Shown: positions 25,971-37,800 of the stretch, piece by piece
How the letters are laid out: each line of letters opens with the position of its first letter
Position numbering within the stretch: the stretch's first letter is position 1
From: Lama glama
Lineage: Eukaryota
Assembly: GCA_028534125.1 (NCBI GenBank)
Contig: CM052817.1
Span: 109,308,001 to 109,372,000 of the forward strand
Length of the DNA: 64,000 nt
Reading direction: 5' to 3'
Translations under genes and position numbers: made by a program
The notes under the pieces: generated by a model
Told to the model about the DNA's origin: nothing
Databases searched by the model: none
What the model saw: only the letters and a program-made list of their open reading frames with translations

Positions 25971-28900
25971 GGCAGTACATAACCAGCATAGCCATCTTTT
26001 GATACAAAAATGCAATCCTCTGTGATGCGTCCTGCTCTGGCCCCTCTGTCCTCCATGCAGAAGCCAGCGCTCGGGGAGCAACTCCCTAACCTCCGCTTCT
26101 TCATCCAAATGATGCCTCAGGGCTCATCACACACAAGCCGTAGACTCAGAAGCCTCCATCCTGTTAGTGACTTTCAAGCTTCTCTTTTGTCATTTTATTT
26201 GCATAGGTTCTTTGAATGTGTGAGTTTTGATTTAGTATTTTGCACCTCAAGTCCAGTCAAGCTGAGTCTACGGCCACTCAGTGAAATGCAGCTCGGGGAC
26301 TGGCAGGTTGACTCCGCCCCGTTATGTGCAGGTTGGGAGATAAGCCCCGAAGTGCAGCCGAGCCCCAGGGGACGCACTCTGGACGCGGGGCTCAGGGAGC
26401 CCTCGGGACAGCAAACAGGGCACCAGCGCGGCTGCCCCCGGCTCCTAAGGTTTCTGGGAGCAAGAATCTCCTGACACGAACATTTACTAACTTTGCTTGT
26501 TCGAGGCATCATCTTTCATACCAGTGCCTAGCGCAATGTTCATTACAAAGCAAAGAACTGGTTTTGGGAAACCGTGAAAACTAAATACATTGACTACCTA
26601 GCGGGAGTTTGGCTATACAAAGGGCACCCGATTGTATCAAGACTAGTATGTCCTGAATGTCCTTGTCATCTTGATTATTTTGACGTGGTTTCCTTTTACT
26701 CTCCATCTAAGAATATGACGTGAACCACCCTAGTTCATTGGAATTTTAGAGGGGAAAGTAATATAAAATGTACTTTTCTGGATTATGAAATGCAGGCAGC
26801 AGAATGAAGAAGGAACAGGAACAAACCCCTTCCCATTAGAAAGTCATTTGGACTCTTGGACATCTCTGCCGTGCGCTCAGAAACTCATGCGGGCCGTGTG
26901 CTGGGCCAGTCTGCAGCCTTTGCTTTTGTGGAAAGAAGGGTCAATTTTGTTGGGGCTGTGCAGGTGGAACAAGAGTAGAAAGAGGAAATTTTAAATGACT
27001 ACATGAAATTTCTGCAGTTGACAGATGAGCTGGTACCCAGAAAGTTAGGTTTTCATGGGAAGCGGCACCTCTTAGAAGATTCCCAGGAGATAATTTTCAC
27101 CCTCAAGGTGGAATTAGAAATGGAGCCTTTAGTTTCATGTCAGTCACGGAGATGCTGTGACCACAACCTCTGGAAACAGGGCTCACCTCAGAGGGCCCCC
27201 AACGCCCTGCCTTTCAGACTTCCAGTCGGCGGTGCCTGCCGAGCGCACTGGGTGGGACCTGGCCTGGGGCCACCTGAGGGCTCAGAGGATGACTTGTGGT
27301 TCCCCCAGAACAGCTGGCAGGTTTCCTGGTGGTGATTTTCACTGGGAGTATCGGAGGCCTGGAGGAATGATTTCAAAAATCACTTTGAGCTTTTTTTAAA
27401 GTTTAAAACCATTAGCTTCTACTGATGTCCTGATGATTAAATAGAAAATAGGATACAGACACCTGTGGGCTTTCCCACCCTCTTCTGCTCCAAAGAGGGG
27501 CGGGTTAGGGATGGGCCCAGGGTCTGAGCACAACTCTCGGTTACTGAAGCAGCCTGCTTTTCCCAGAGAAATCAGTGACCCAGAATGGCTCTGCTGCAGC
27601 AGCCCAGCCCAGCCCAGCCCAGTTTGGGGCTCAAGGGGTAACACAGGCCTGATGCCCTCGTGAGTGGCCGTGCCTTCCTTCACTGACAGCTGGATGGTAA
27701 ACAGGCCTCCCCACATGCCTCCGACAGCCAGCAGGCACCACACCCGCCTTTGGAACAAGCTGTGTGCCACGGGCAGGAACGCCTTCTTGGAGATAGCAGG
27801 GTTGCAGGTTTCCAGAGCGCAGGCTGCGTTTCATCCGTGCTCACTTCACGCCAACTTTCAAACATCAAATGGCCAGTGCGACACCTGGGGACCCTATGAC
27901 GTTACATTTGGGCCTTTTGTCTGCAGGGACATAGAACTCTCTATGGAAAATACGTTCTGCAAAAAAATGAACATCCTCACTTAAAATTAGCCAGGAGATA
28001 AGAATAACAGTTTTCCAGTTTTGTTCTTCAGAGAGAACGATTCTACCCTTAGCAAACTCAAGGGTGAAAATCCCTCCCCCCCGAAGAGGCCAGAGAATTG
28101 CTTTTTCGAGGCTCTATTAACTGCAGATTGAGCCCATGCAGAGATACACTGGCTTAGTGATGGAAGGTACTTCCAAGGTCTTCTGCAGTTGTTACTCCTG
28201 AGCTAACTCAATTCTGTGCCAGGTCTACCAATCCCACCCTTTAAATATCTGAAAAAGACTGTTAATGCCTTGTTCATTAATAGGCACCCTCAATTTCCTT
28301 TGAAGCAAGGATACTGCATGCAGAGAAGAAAAATCATATTGTAAAGTCAAACCATCTTTACACCTGCTTTCCCTTCACTGCTTCAAGAAAGTATCTGAAG
28401 GTTGACCTAAACTTTGGATTGAACACAGGCATTTTGGGACAAAGTGGCAATTTAAGTTGTGTATGGACATTAGCTCATCGTGGGTCTGAGCCCCAAGTTG
28501 TGCCTGGCCTTGAGGACTGTACTTATGTCCTCAGGTGGTGCCCACCTGGACACTTTCCTCGCACAGACTGACGGAAGTTCTGCATTGGGACTTCTTATCT
28601 GCACCTGTGAATTCAAGGTCCCTGTGTAATGCAGCTCAGATGCCACCTCGACCATGAGGCTCCCTCTGGCCAGGTAACCCCCTGGCCCCGGGGAGTCCCT
28701 TCAGATCTTCCTGAGGCCAGGGGTCCCCACCATCCGGAGCCCCACATCTCCTTTCTCAGCCCCTTTTTCTCACCCTGAAAATCTGGGGTCCTGCTTACAC
28801 TAGGATTGTGGCGTCTTTCTCTGAGGCTCTCCTGAGCCCAGCTCCATTGTGAGGAAATGGGAGGAAATTGGTTTTATCCACCTTCCAAGGCTGTGGGTAG

Positions 28901-30132
28901 GGGAGAGGTGAAAACGGAGGAGCCACTGCACGTACCCCGTCCCACCTCCACAGGGCAGCTCTACAGTTAAAAGTCATTTCTGTTTGTTATTCCTGAGGAC
29001 TGACACTCGGCAAAAATTTTTATTTCCCTTCAATCAGTTTTATATCTCCTAAGAGACATGATGTTTTACAAATATACACCATAAATTTGGCCTTCTCCCT
29101 AAACTTAAGAAGTTAAAAAGAAAATCAACTAACAATTATTAAGTAAAAGCCTGTTTTATAGTCTTTATTGCTGTGCTAAGCCTAAGCGGTATACAGCAAA
29201 TCCCTTGCCAGAATTTATGAGACCAAAGATTAATCAGTAATACAAAGAAACTGGTTTGTAACAATGTCGGGGAGCATCGCAGGGAGGGCCCCAGGAGCAG
29301 GCAGTGGGCTACGAAGGCGGGTAGCAGCCCTGCCAGAGCCCCCACCTCAGCCCTGTGTCACCCCCTTCTGTGTGAGTTCTCTGTATTTGAAGTGCAGAGA
29401 CACCCTGAACCTCAATTCCACAAGCACCCTGTGGAAGTCAAGGGATTTCTTCCCTCATCCCTGCTCCAAACCCATTTTTCATATGCCTCCGTCACAGGTC
29501 TTCCTGCTTCCACTGCAAAGGAAACTTGTAATTTCCGGGATTATTCATCTTTTTTACCACCAAGCCACAGCATCTGCCGAACACACAATGGGCCTCCCGT
29601 GAGGGATAGAGGATCCAGTTGATTTCATCCAAGAGCTACAGTGACTAGAGATGGTTTCATGGAGGTGGGAGAGTTCCAACAGGGCTCTGAGGGTTCAGGA
29701 TGAAAGCTGCCTGCTGGAAGCTACAGCAAAAGCATTCCAGTGCACAGTCCAGAGGGTGCAAAGGGGGCAGGCGGGGAGCAAAGGCGAGAGCATCCAACTG
29801 AAAACAAGAGCGGAGCAGCTGCAGAGGCCCCAGATCCAGGCAGCACCTCAGCTTGCTGTGTCGTTCTTGCAGTATGCAGATGACACTGAAGAATTCATGA
29901 CTTCTCCACCTGTCATGGTGCAGCTCTGAGCCAGGACCAACTGGACCAGGAGACAAGGGTCTAGGAGAGATGACAGGGACCAGAATAGTCGACTGTGAGA
30001 AAGTGGCCAGCCTGGTAGTTAGGAAAAAATCATTTAGAAAAGCTGCCTTTAACTGAGGTTTGCATATTGTTACAGCGGATGCCTGTGCGTGCAGATGGGG
30101 AATATTTTCATGTGTTTACTTGCAGTGCCATA

Positions 30133-30226
30133 GAGACCAACATGCACAACGGTAACACCAAGACATGGGTATTTAAAAGAATTTAATGTTTAAACAGTTA
30201 GCACTGACGCTTTCACACAATTTATT
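30133..30226 (-). terminator. Candidate Pol II cleavage/polyadenylation site
   Basis: Minus strand has AATAAA (30221-30226) and ATTAAA (30182-30187), a CA about 15 nt after the ATTAAA, then a GU-rich tract tgtcttggtgttaccgttgtgcatgttggtct. Confidence 0.55.
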
Positions 30227-32033
30227 AACAAAATCACATATCGTCTAAAAAAATAGCCAGGTCTAGTACGAGGAAAGACCTTGGAAGTGAACCCCAAGTC
30301 TTGGGTAACGTGGGCCATCTGAGATGCTTGCTTGACCAGAAATCCCTTAAAGATGGAACACTTGTCATAAACCCACAGGAAGGGTCAGCTGGTACCCAGC
30401 TTTCTGGGCCTCCACCTTACATTTATTTGGGACGGTGCGGGATGCTGTCCAAGTGGGTGGCCCTCCCAAATGCCCCAGAAGGACCAGCTGGTCATAGTCA
30501 CACGATGCTGCATAAGTGCCTTGAGGCCTTCATGGTGCGCATGTGGCCTGTGTGCCCAGCTTGGCACGACCCCCTTGCCTCCCGCCCGATAGCTAAGCCC
30601 ACATCATGGCCTGGAGCCTCTCCAGTGGGGACTGAGGACAAACAACATGGCATTCGCCCTCTGGCCCTTGGTTTCTAAGGCATCTGAGGGAGAGATTTGA
30701 TGCTGAGTACTTCCCAAGGGCAGAGGAGGGTCATCGACAAACTTACTGGAGTGGATGTGGGGAAGTCCATTTAAATCATCAGTTGTTAAAAGCAGTTTGT
30801 CAAAACCGACACCGCTCAATGGAGAAGACACTGGCCTGGGTGCTGGTCTCTACTCTGACATAACCTGTGTGACACTGGAAAGTTTCTCAACCTCTCTGTG
30901 CTCCAAGCCCTCACCTGTGCGACAAGGACCTTGCTGAGTCATGCTGGAGCCCTCCCAGCTCTGAAAGACCAGGCAGTGCCTCTTGCTTCCCATGCACTGC
31001 AGTTGTCTCATCATCTTTTAAAAATTTTACATCAAATGTGCTCTTAACACTCCCTTAGCTTGTTCCCTCGAAGCGCACACAAAAGCCAAATCCAAACCCT
31101 GACATTGCTGAAGTTCTAATTAAAGATGCTGTTTTCCAGTTTTGTGGTTCCCTGCAAAACAAGCATTTAAGAGGGATAAAATAAGCCCTCAGGGAGTCAC
31201 AGCTCCCTCCGGTCTCCCCAGGACTGCTCCTGGGCTGTGCTGGCAGAAGGGCTCTGCAGACAGAGGAGTGGAGTCTCCATGGAAGATGAAGAGCTGCAGG
31301 AACCCTCATCCCCGTGGCCCAGGCTGCCGCCTCGTGATGCTCGTTCGTGAATCTCCTGTTGCATTTGATGTGCTTGTTTGCAGGACCAAATGATCTCCAG
31401 TCTTCTTCAAGGTCAGATTTATGAATAAAACTATTCAACGTTTGTACGATGGACATAGGTGTGAACTTGATTTTTGTAGAATTTGGGTCAGTGGCTAGGG
31501 GATTTCTTACCACCTCATGTCCCTCCATTCTGCACAGCCCCAGCCTGCTCCTCCACACACAGGCTGTCTCTCCAGCCCCACTGGGTCCCTGGCTTTCGTC
31601 CTGCCCCTCCTCCTCCAGACTGGAATGTGGGACCTGGGGCCACACACAGTCCTGACACCACTCTTCCCAGACAGGCCCCTCCTGCCGATACTGGCAGAGG
31701 TTGTGCGGTCCCAGTGAGGCACCTAGCTGCTGGCAGGTCCATACATGCACCTTAAAGGGTGAGACAGTGAAAGTAAGGTCCTCTCTGCTTTCCTGGGAGT
31801 CAGCACAGCCCTCCACTCCCAGTGATTCTCTCTCCCTCCTGGTGATGGGACCACTGACGGCAGGCCCCGCGCACACACCCAGGGAGCCTCCAGGACTGGG
31901 GTCTTCCTTCCTTCCTTCCTGTGGGTGGTGTCCTTCCCCTCCAACCCTGTGGCTGCTGTCATCTGCAGGGGCTGGGATCTTCCAACTGGCATCTCATCCT
32001 CATCTGGCTCCCACTCCCCCACGTACAGCCCAG

Positions 32034-32518
32034 CCCCTAACACTAACCCCTAACACCTAACACTAACCCCTACCCCAAGTCCTAACCCTAACCCAAGCCT
32101 GAGCCAGAACCCCAACCCGAACGAGAACCCAAACTCTAACCCTATACCAAACCTTAACTTGACCCGACCCCTAACCCTAACCTTCTCCTCCTCCCTTAAC
32201 CCTAACCCCAACCACAACCCCTAACCCTAACCCCAAACCTATCCCTAAACTTTGGCCCTGGTCCTAACCCCTAAACCTAACCCTATCCCTACCCCTAGCC
32301 TTAACCCTAACTCCTCTTCCTCCTCCTCCCTAACCCTAACCTTAGCAATAAGCCTAACCCTAAAACCCTAACCCTAAAACCACCCCCATCCCTAACCCCT
32401 CAGCCCTCACCTGAAACCCTAACCCTACCCCCAAATCCCTAAGCCTGATCCTGACCCCAACCCCAACACTAACACTAACCTTGAACACCAACCCCTACCC
32501 TAACCTTAACCCTAACCC
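32034..32518 (+). repeat. Degenerate interstitial telomeric array (CCCTAA)n
   Basis: About 485 bp with roughly 20 perfect CCCTAA units (manual count), plus variants CACTAA, CCTTAA, CCCCAA, CCCTAC. Confidence 0.95.
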
Positions 32519-32699
32519 AGAGCCTGCTCCTGCAGGAGGCCCCGGACTGGGTCCAGTTCCACCAGCCCTGCAGGGAGATCCTGTGCTGGCTTCTTGATGT
32601 GAATAGAAGGAGCCCCATCTTGGCGGTCCAGTCGGAGACTGGGCCTGGCCAGGGGTTGGGGGGCAGTAACGGGGAGAGGGAGGAGAGCAGGAGAATTGG

Positions 32700-33834
32700 G
32701 GCCGAGTGGTGTGGCCCCGCCCAGGGCCAATGGTAGTTTCGGTTGAGTGCGGACCCGACTGGTGGTGGGGTGGGGTCGCTGGGGATGGAGACCTGGCAGG
32801 GCCGGGCCCCACTGTCCGAGAGCTGTACAGCAGGAGACCCACCCCCAGCGTCCGCGTTGCGGGCGGGAGGAGGAGGGGCGCGCACGCGCAGACGCGCAGA
32901 CGCCGGAACCCGCCCAGAGCGTGGGGAAGCTGGGCGAGAGCCCGGTGCTCCTGGACCGGCTCCCGGAGGAGGAATGCGGCTTAGGGTATGGGCCGCCGCG
33001 TGCCGTCGTCTCCGCTGCTGCTGCCGGGCAGGTAAGGGGGCGCTGGTGGGGGCGCCCAGGTCCGGGAGCCGGCGGGTGAGGCCTGGGCTGTGCCGCTGGG
33101 GAGGCGCACAGGGAGGGGTGCGGAGGTGAGGCCCAGGCCGCGCGTCCCGTTAGGACCCTGAGGCGGGTGGGGGTTCGCCGCCCTGGTTCGTGGTGCCCTC
33201 CCGCCTCCCCACGTTAGTCGTCCCTGAACGCCGCGTCTTCGCTGCCTCTCATACCCGGGTTTGGGAAAGCAGGTGCAGCTCCGGGAGGTGAGAGGGCTCT
33301 GGGCGGCCAGGGAGCACCTCCGACTGGCCCTCAGGCCACGGCCAGCTCCTGGAAGGCTGGTGCGTTCCTGTCGCGGGTCCCGGCGGTGGCCGCTGTGGGA
33401 TGGAGGCTGCCCCGAGCGAGCCCCTGGATTTGTTCGCTATTCCTCCGCGGCCTGGACTGGGGCGGCCTCTGCTTTCCCATGTTCACAGGGTGCACGTCTG
33501 GCAGTTAGCCTGCCCCTGGGAGGCAGACGCGGTGCTGTCAGGGTGCGGGGGCGGCGGCGGCATCATCATCGGCGGCAGCGGGGAGAGGGGTTTGTCCCTG
33601 GGATCTTGTGGATTTGCTCCCATCTCCCCCGCGGTCTGAGGGCTGCCTCTGCTGCCCCAGGTTCGCGAGTCGCAGGTGACAGGTCAGTCTGCTCCGGGGA
33701 GGCGGGCGCGGTACCGGTCAGTGTGCCGGGGCGGCGGCAGCGATAGCGAGAAGTGGGAGCAAATCCCCGCGCTCGCACGGGGCAGCCCCAATCCCGCCAT
33801 CGCTTCAGTAGCCCTCTGATGGCAGGGCGCCCGC
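32700..33834. promoter_or_regulatory. CpG-island promoter (truncated by the gap)
   Basis: Dense CpG. GC box ggccccgccc at 32713-32722, CCAAT at 32727-32731, NRF1 consensus cgcgcacgcgca at 32879-32890, ETS core ccggaa at 32903-32908. Confidence 0.9.
32900..33031 (+). other. Putative first exon of an unidentified + strand transcript
   Basis: Strong donor cag|gtaagg at 33031/33032, just downstream of the NRF1/ETS core promoter. ATGs at 32974 and 32988. The start coordinate is approximate. Confidence 0.6.
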
Positions 33835-34334
33835 NNNNNNNNNNNNNNNNNNNNNNNNNNNNNNNNNNNNNNNNNNNNNNNNNNNNNNNNNNNNNNNNNN
33901 NNNNNNNNNNNNNNNNNNNNNNNNNNNNNNNNNNNNNNNNNNNNNNNNNNNNNNNNNNNNNNNNNNNNNNNNNNNNNNNNNNNNNNNNNNNNNNNNNNNN
34001 NNNNNNNNNNNNNNNNNNNNNNNNNNNNNNNNNNNNNNNNNNNNNNNNNNNNNNNNNNNNNNNNNNNNNNNNNNNNNNNNNNNNNNNNNNNNNNNNNNNN
34101 NNNNNNNNNNNNNNNNNNNNNNNNNNNNNNNNNNNNNNNNNNNNNNNNNNNNNNNNNNNNNNNNNNNNNNNNNNNNNNNNNNNNNNNNNNNNNNNNNNNN
34201 NNNNNNNNNNNNNNNNNNNNNNNNNNNNNNNNNNNNNNNNNNNNNNNNNNNNNNNNNNNNNNNNNNNNNNNNNNNNNNNNNNNNNNNNNNNNNNNNNNNN
34301 NNNNNNNNNNNNNNNNNNNNNNNNNNNNNNNNNN

Positions 34335-34680
34335 CGACTGCACATACATACTACATTGCAAGTAGATACATATATACAGTAAAGTGCACTTTTTTTTAGT
34401 TTACATAAATGTATTACTTACCATTTCTAAGAAGAGATTAGATTTTTAAACTTGCATAGTTATCAAAGGACTAAAGCCAACTACAAAATAAGAATCAACA
34501 GAATGCAGTAATACGATCATAAAAGACAGATGTGTTTACACATATTGAAGAAATCAAAATGAAAACTAGTCCATTTGTGGCCTTATTGTTATTATTTTTT
34601 GATTCCTCATATAAATGATATCATATGGCATTTTCCTTTCTTTTTCTGGCCCACTTAGAATGACAATCTTCAGGTCCAGG
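34335..34680 (-). mobile_element. L1 3' end with a distinctive 3'UTR
   Basis: Homologous to 39985-40370 in this window. Confidence 0.8.
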
Positions 34681-34859
34681 TTTTGTTTTAGTGAGGGCTT
34701 AGAGGCAAGACTGGACCCTGTGGTTGTTTTAGGAAAACCTGGTGGGTGAGGATGGACATGCTCATTGGGGTTGATGTCCACCATTGATTCTCCTGGAAGC
34801 TTTAGTGTGTTAGTTTCTTCATTGAGCTATCTTGACATCTTAGTATATGTCTGGAGGTT

Positions 34860-37800
34860 TTTTTTCTGTTATGCTGATGTACATATTTTTTCTTTCACTA
34901 ATACCATACTGTCTTTATTACTTTAGCTTTATAAGAAGTCCTGAAATCAGACAGTACATGTCTTCCAACTTAGTTCTTTTTTAAAATTGTTTGTACTATT
35001 CTAGGTCTAGTCTTTAATTTCCTCCAGCAATGTTTTATATGTCTCAGAGTAGAGATCTTACACTTATTCTGTAGAATTAATTCCTGAATACTTAATATTT
35101 TGATGCCATTGTAAATGATATTTTCAAAATTACAGCTTCCAACTGTTCATTTCTAGGGTATAGAAGTATAGTTGACTTTTATGTATTGACTTTCTCTCTT
35201 GCAGCTTTGGGAAACTTACATATTATTTCAAATACCAGTGTTTTTTTTGGAGTTCTTATAATTGGTACTTTGATCATATCTATGAATGAAGAAAGTTTTA
35301 CCTCCTCCTTTTATTCATATATAAGTATGTGTGTATGTATGTGTGTGTGTATAAATGTGTGTGCATATATATATATATATATGCACATATATATATCTTT
35401 TATTTCTTTTTTTGCTTTATTTCACTAGACGGGTTCTCTAGTACATTTTGAATGGAAGTACTGTGAGATCTTGCTAAGTTCTCAATCTCAAGGGCAAACA
35501 TTCACTCTTTCTCTGTTAAGTATGATGTTAGGTGTAAGTTTTTCATGTGTGCCCTTTATTAGGTTGAGGAAATTCCTCTTAATCCTAGTTTGTTAAATTT
35601 TTTTTCTTTTTTGAAGTCAGGATTATATATTGAATTTTTATCTCATGCTTTTTCCACATTTATTGATAGGATCCTATGGTTTTTCTTTTAATATGAAATG
35701 CATTGATTGACTTTCAGTGTTAAACTTACAACCTTGCATTCTTAAAGTAAAATCTTTGTCTGGTTTTGGTATTAGAGTAGTGGTAGTCTCAAAATGAGTT
35801 GGAAGTTGTTCCCTTTTCTGCTTTCTGGTAGAATTTGTATTACCTCTTTCTCAAAGGTTTGATAAAATTCAACAGTGAATCCTTCAGAGCCTGGAGTTTT
35901 CTTTGTAAAGTTTTTAACTACAACTTAATTCATTTGCTAGACAAAGTGCTGTTACTGGCTTTTTTATTTTTTCTTGAGTGAGTTTTGATATTTTGGGTCT
36001 TTTCAGAAACTTGTCCATTTCATCTAAGTTGTCAAGTTTATGAGCATAAGGGTGTTTTATTATTCTCTTAGTATCTTTGTAATACATGTATGGTCTGTAG
36101 TGTTTTTGTTTTTATTCCTCATATTGATAATTTGTCTTATTTCTCTTTTTTTCTTTGTTAGTCTGGCTAGAGCCATATGATGTTATACTGATTTCTCAAA
36201 AAATTAACATTTGGTATCACTGATTTTTCTCTGTTGGTTTTGTTTTTAGTTCCATAATTTCTACTCTTATTTCTTTCTGGTTGTTGTGGGTTTAATTTGC
36301 TCTTCTTCTGATAACTTAAGATAGAAGCTTATGTCACTTATTTCAGACTTTTCTTCTTTCCTAATATAAACATTAAAAAAGAATAAATTTCCCACAGACA
36401 GCTGTTTTAGCTACATCCAACAGGGTTTTTTTTGTTTTGTTTTGTTTTGTTTTACATTCCATTCAAAACACTTTTTATTTTACCTTGTGATTTCTTCTTT
36501 GACCTGCACAGTTTATTTAGAAGTGAATTATTTAATTTCCAAATATTTGGGGGATTTTCCAGTTACTGTTCTATTATTATTTTAACTTAATCTTTTTGTG
36601 GTCAGAGAACCTACTTGGTATGATTTTAGTTCTTTTTAAATTTATTGAGAGTTGTTTTATGGCCTAGAACATGATCTGTCTTGGTGAATGTTTTAAGTGT
36701 ACATGAAAAGAATGTTTATATGCTGTTTTGGGTAGTGTGTTCCGTAAATGCCCATTAGATCAAGGCGGTCAGCTTCATTTTGTAACCTCTTGTTCTGTCA
36801 AACATTGTGAAACAGATGTTGAGCTGTCCAGCTGTAATTGTGGATTTGCCTCTTCAGTTCTGTTTTGCTTCCTGTATTTTGAAGTTCACTCCTGACAGAC
36901 ATTTAAGGTTGTCCTGTCCTCCTGGTCCATTGACTCCTTTGTCTCTCTCCATCCTCAAATGTTTTCTGAGCTGATATTCGTGTAGTTTTCCCAGCTTTCT
37001 TTTGATTAGTGTTTTTGTGGGATGTCTTTTTTCCTTCCTTGTACTTTTATCCTCTCTCTGTCTCTGTACTGACTCTGTCTGTGTGTGTGTGTGTGTGTGT
37101 AGACAGCACGGAGCTGGGTTTTGTTTTTGTTTTATTGCTGCTGTTTGATCCAGTCTGCCCATCTCTGCCTTTTATTTGGAGACTTTTTTGAAAAAGCCAT
37201 TTCATATAATGTAATTATGATTTGTTCGGGTTTCAAGCTGCCCTCAGTGTGACTAGTTTTCTATTTGTCCTGTGTGTTCTTTGTGTCCTTTTCCCACTTC
37301 CCTGCCCTCTTTTGAGTTAAGTTGTTGTTTAGATGAATCCCTATTATCTCCACTCCTGGCTCATCAGCTCTGCCTCTGTTGTTTTACAATGGTTGCTCTA
37401 GACTTTGCACATTTCTGACTGATTATAGCCCATCATTCGAATAATACACAAGTTTACCAAGAGTGAACGATCCTTGAAACAATAAACTGCCATTTCTCCC
37501 TTCCTATTTAGTCCTCCTTTACTTCTTCATATGTTACTATCCCCCACAATACATTAGTTAGTGTGCTTTTAAATCATCATCATCTTTTACAAATATTAAA
37601 AATGAGGAAAGAATCTTTATATTTACTCCAGTATTGATACTTTCCAGCTCACCGTTCCTCAAATTCACATGTCCATCTAGATGGTGTCATTTTCTTTTTA
37701 CTTGGTGAACTTTCTTTTTAACGTTTCTTACCATGCAGCCCTGCTGGCAGTGAATCCTCTAAGCTTGTGTTTGCTTGGTATTGTATCATCTTCACTTGTA

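Noticed and set aside
32034..32518. True chromosome end or head-to-head fusion site
   Set aside because: The array is internal, degenerate and in one orientation only. There is no inverted TTAGGG half.
32475..33746. Many overlapping ORFs in the CpG island
   Set aside because: GC-rich, stop-poor sequence giving low-complexity Arg/Gly/Pro translations with no recognisable domain.
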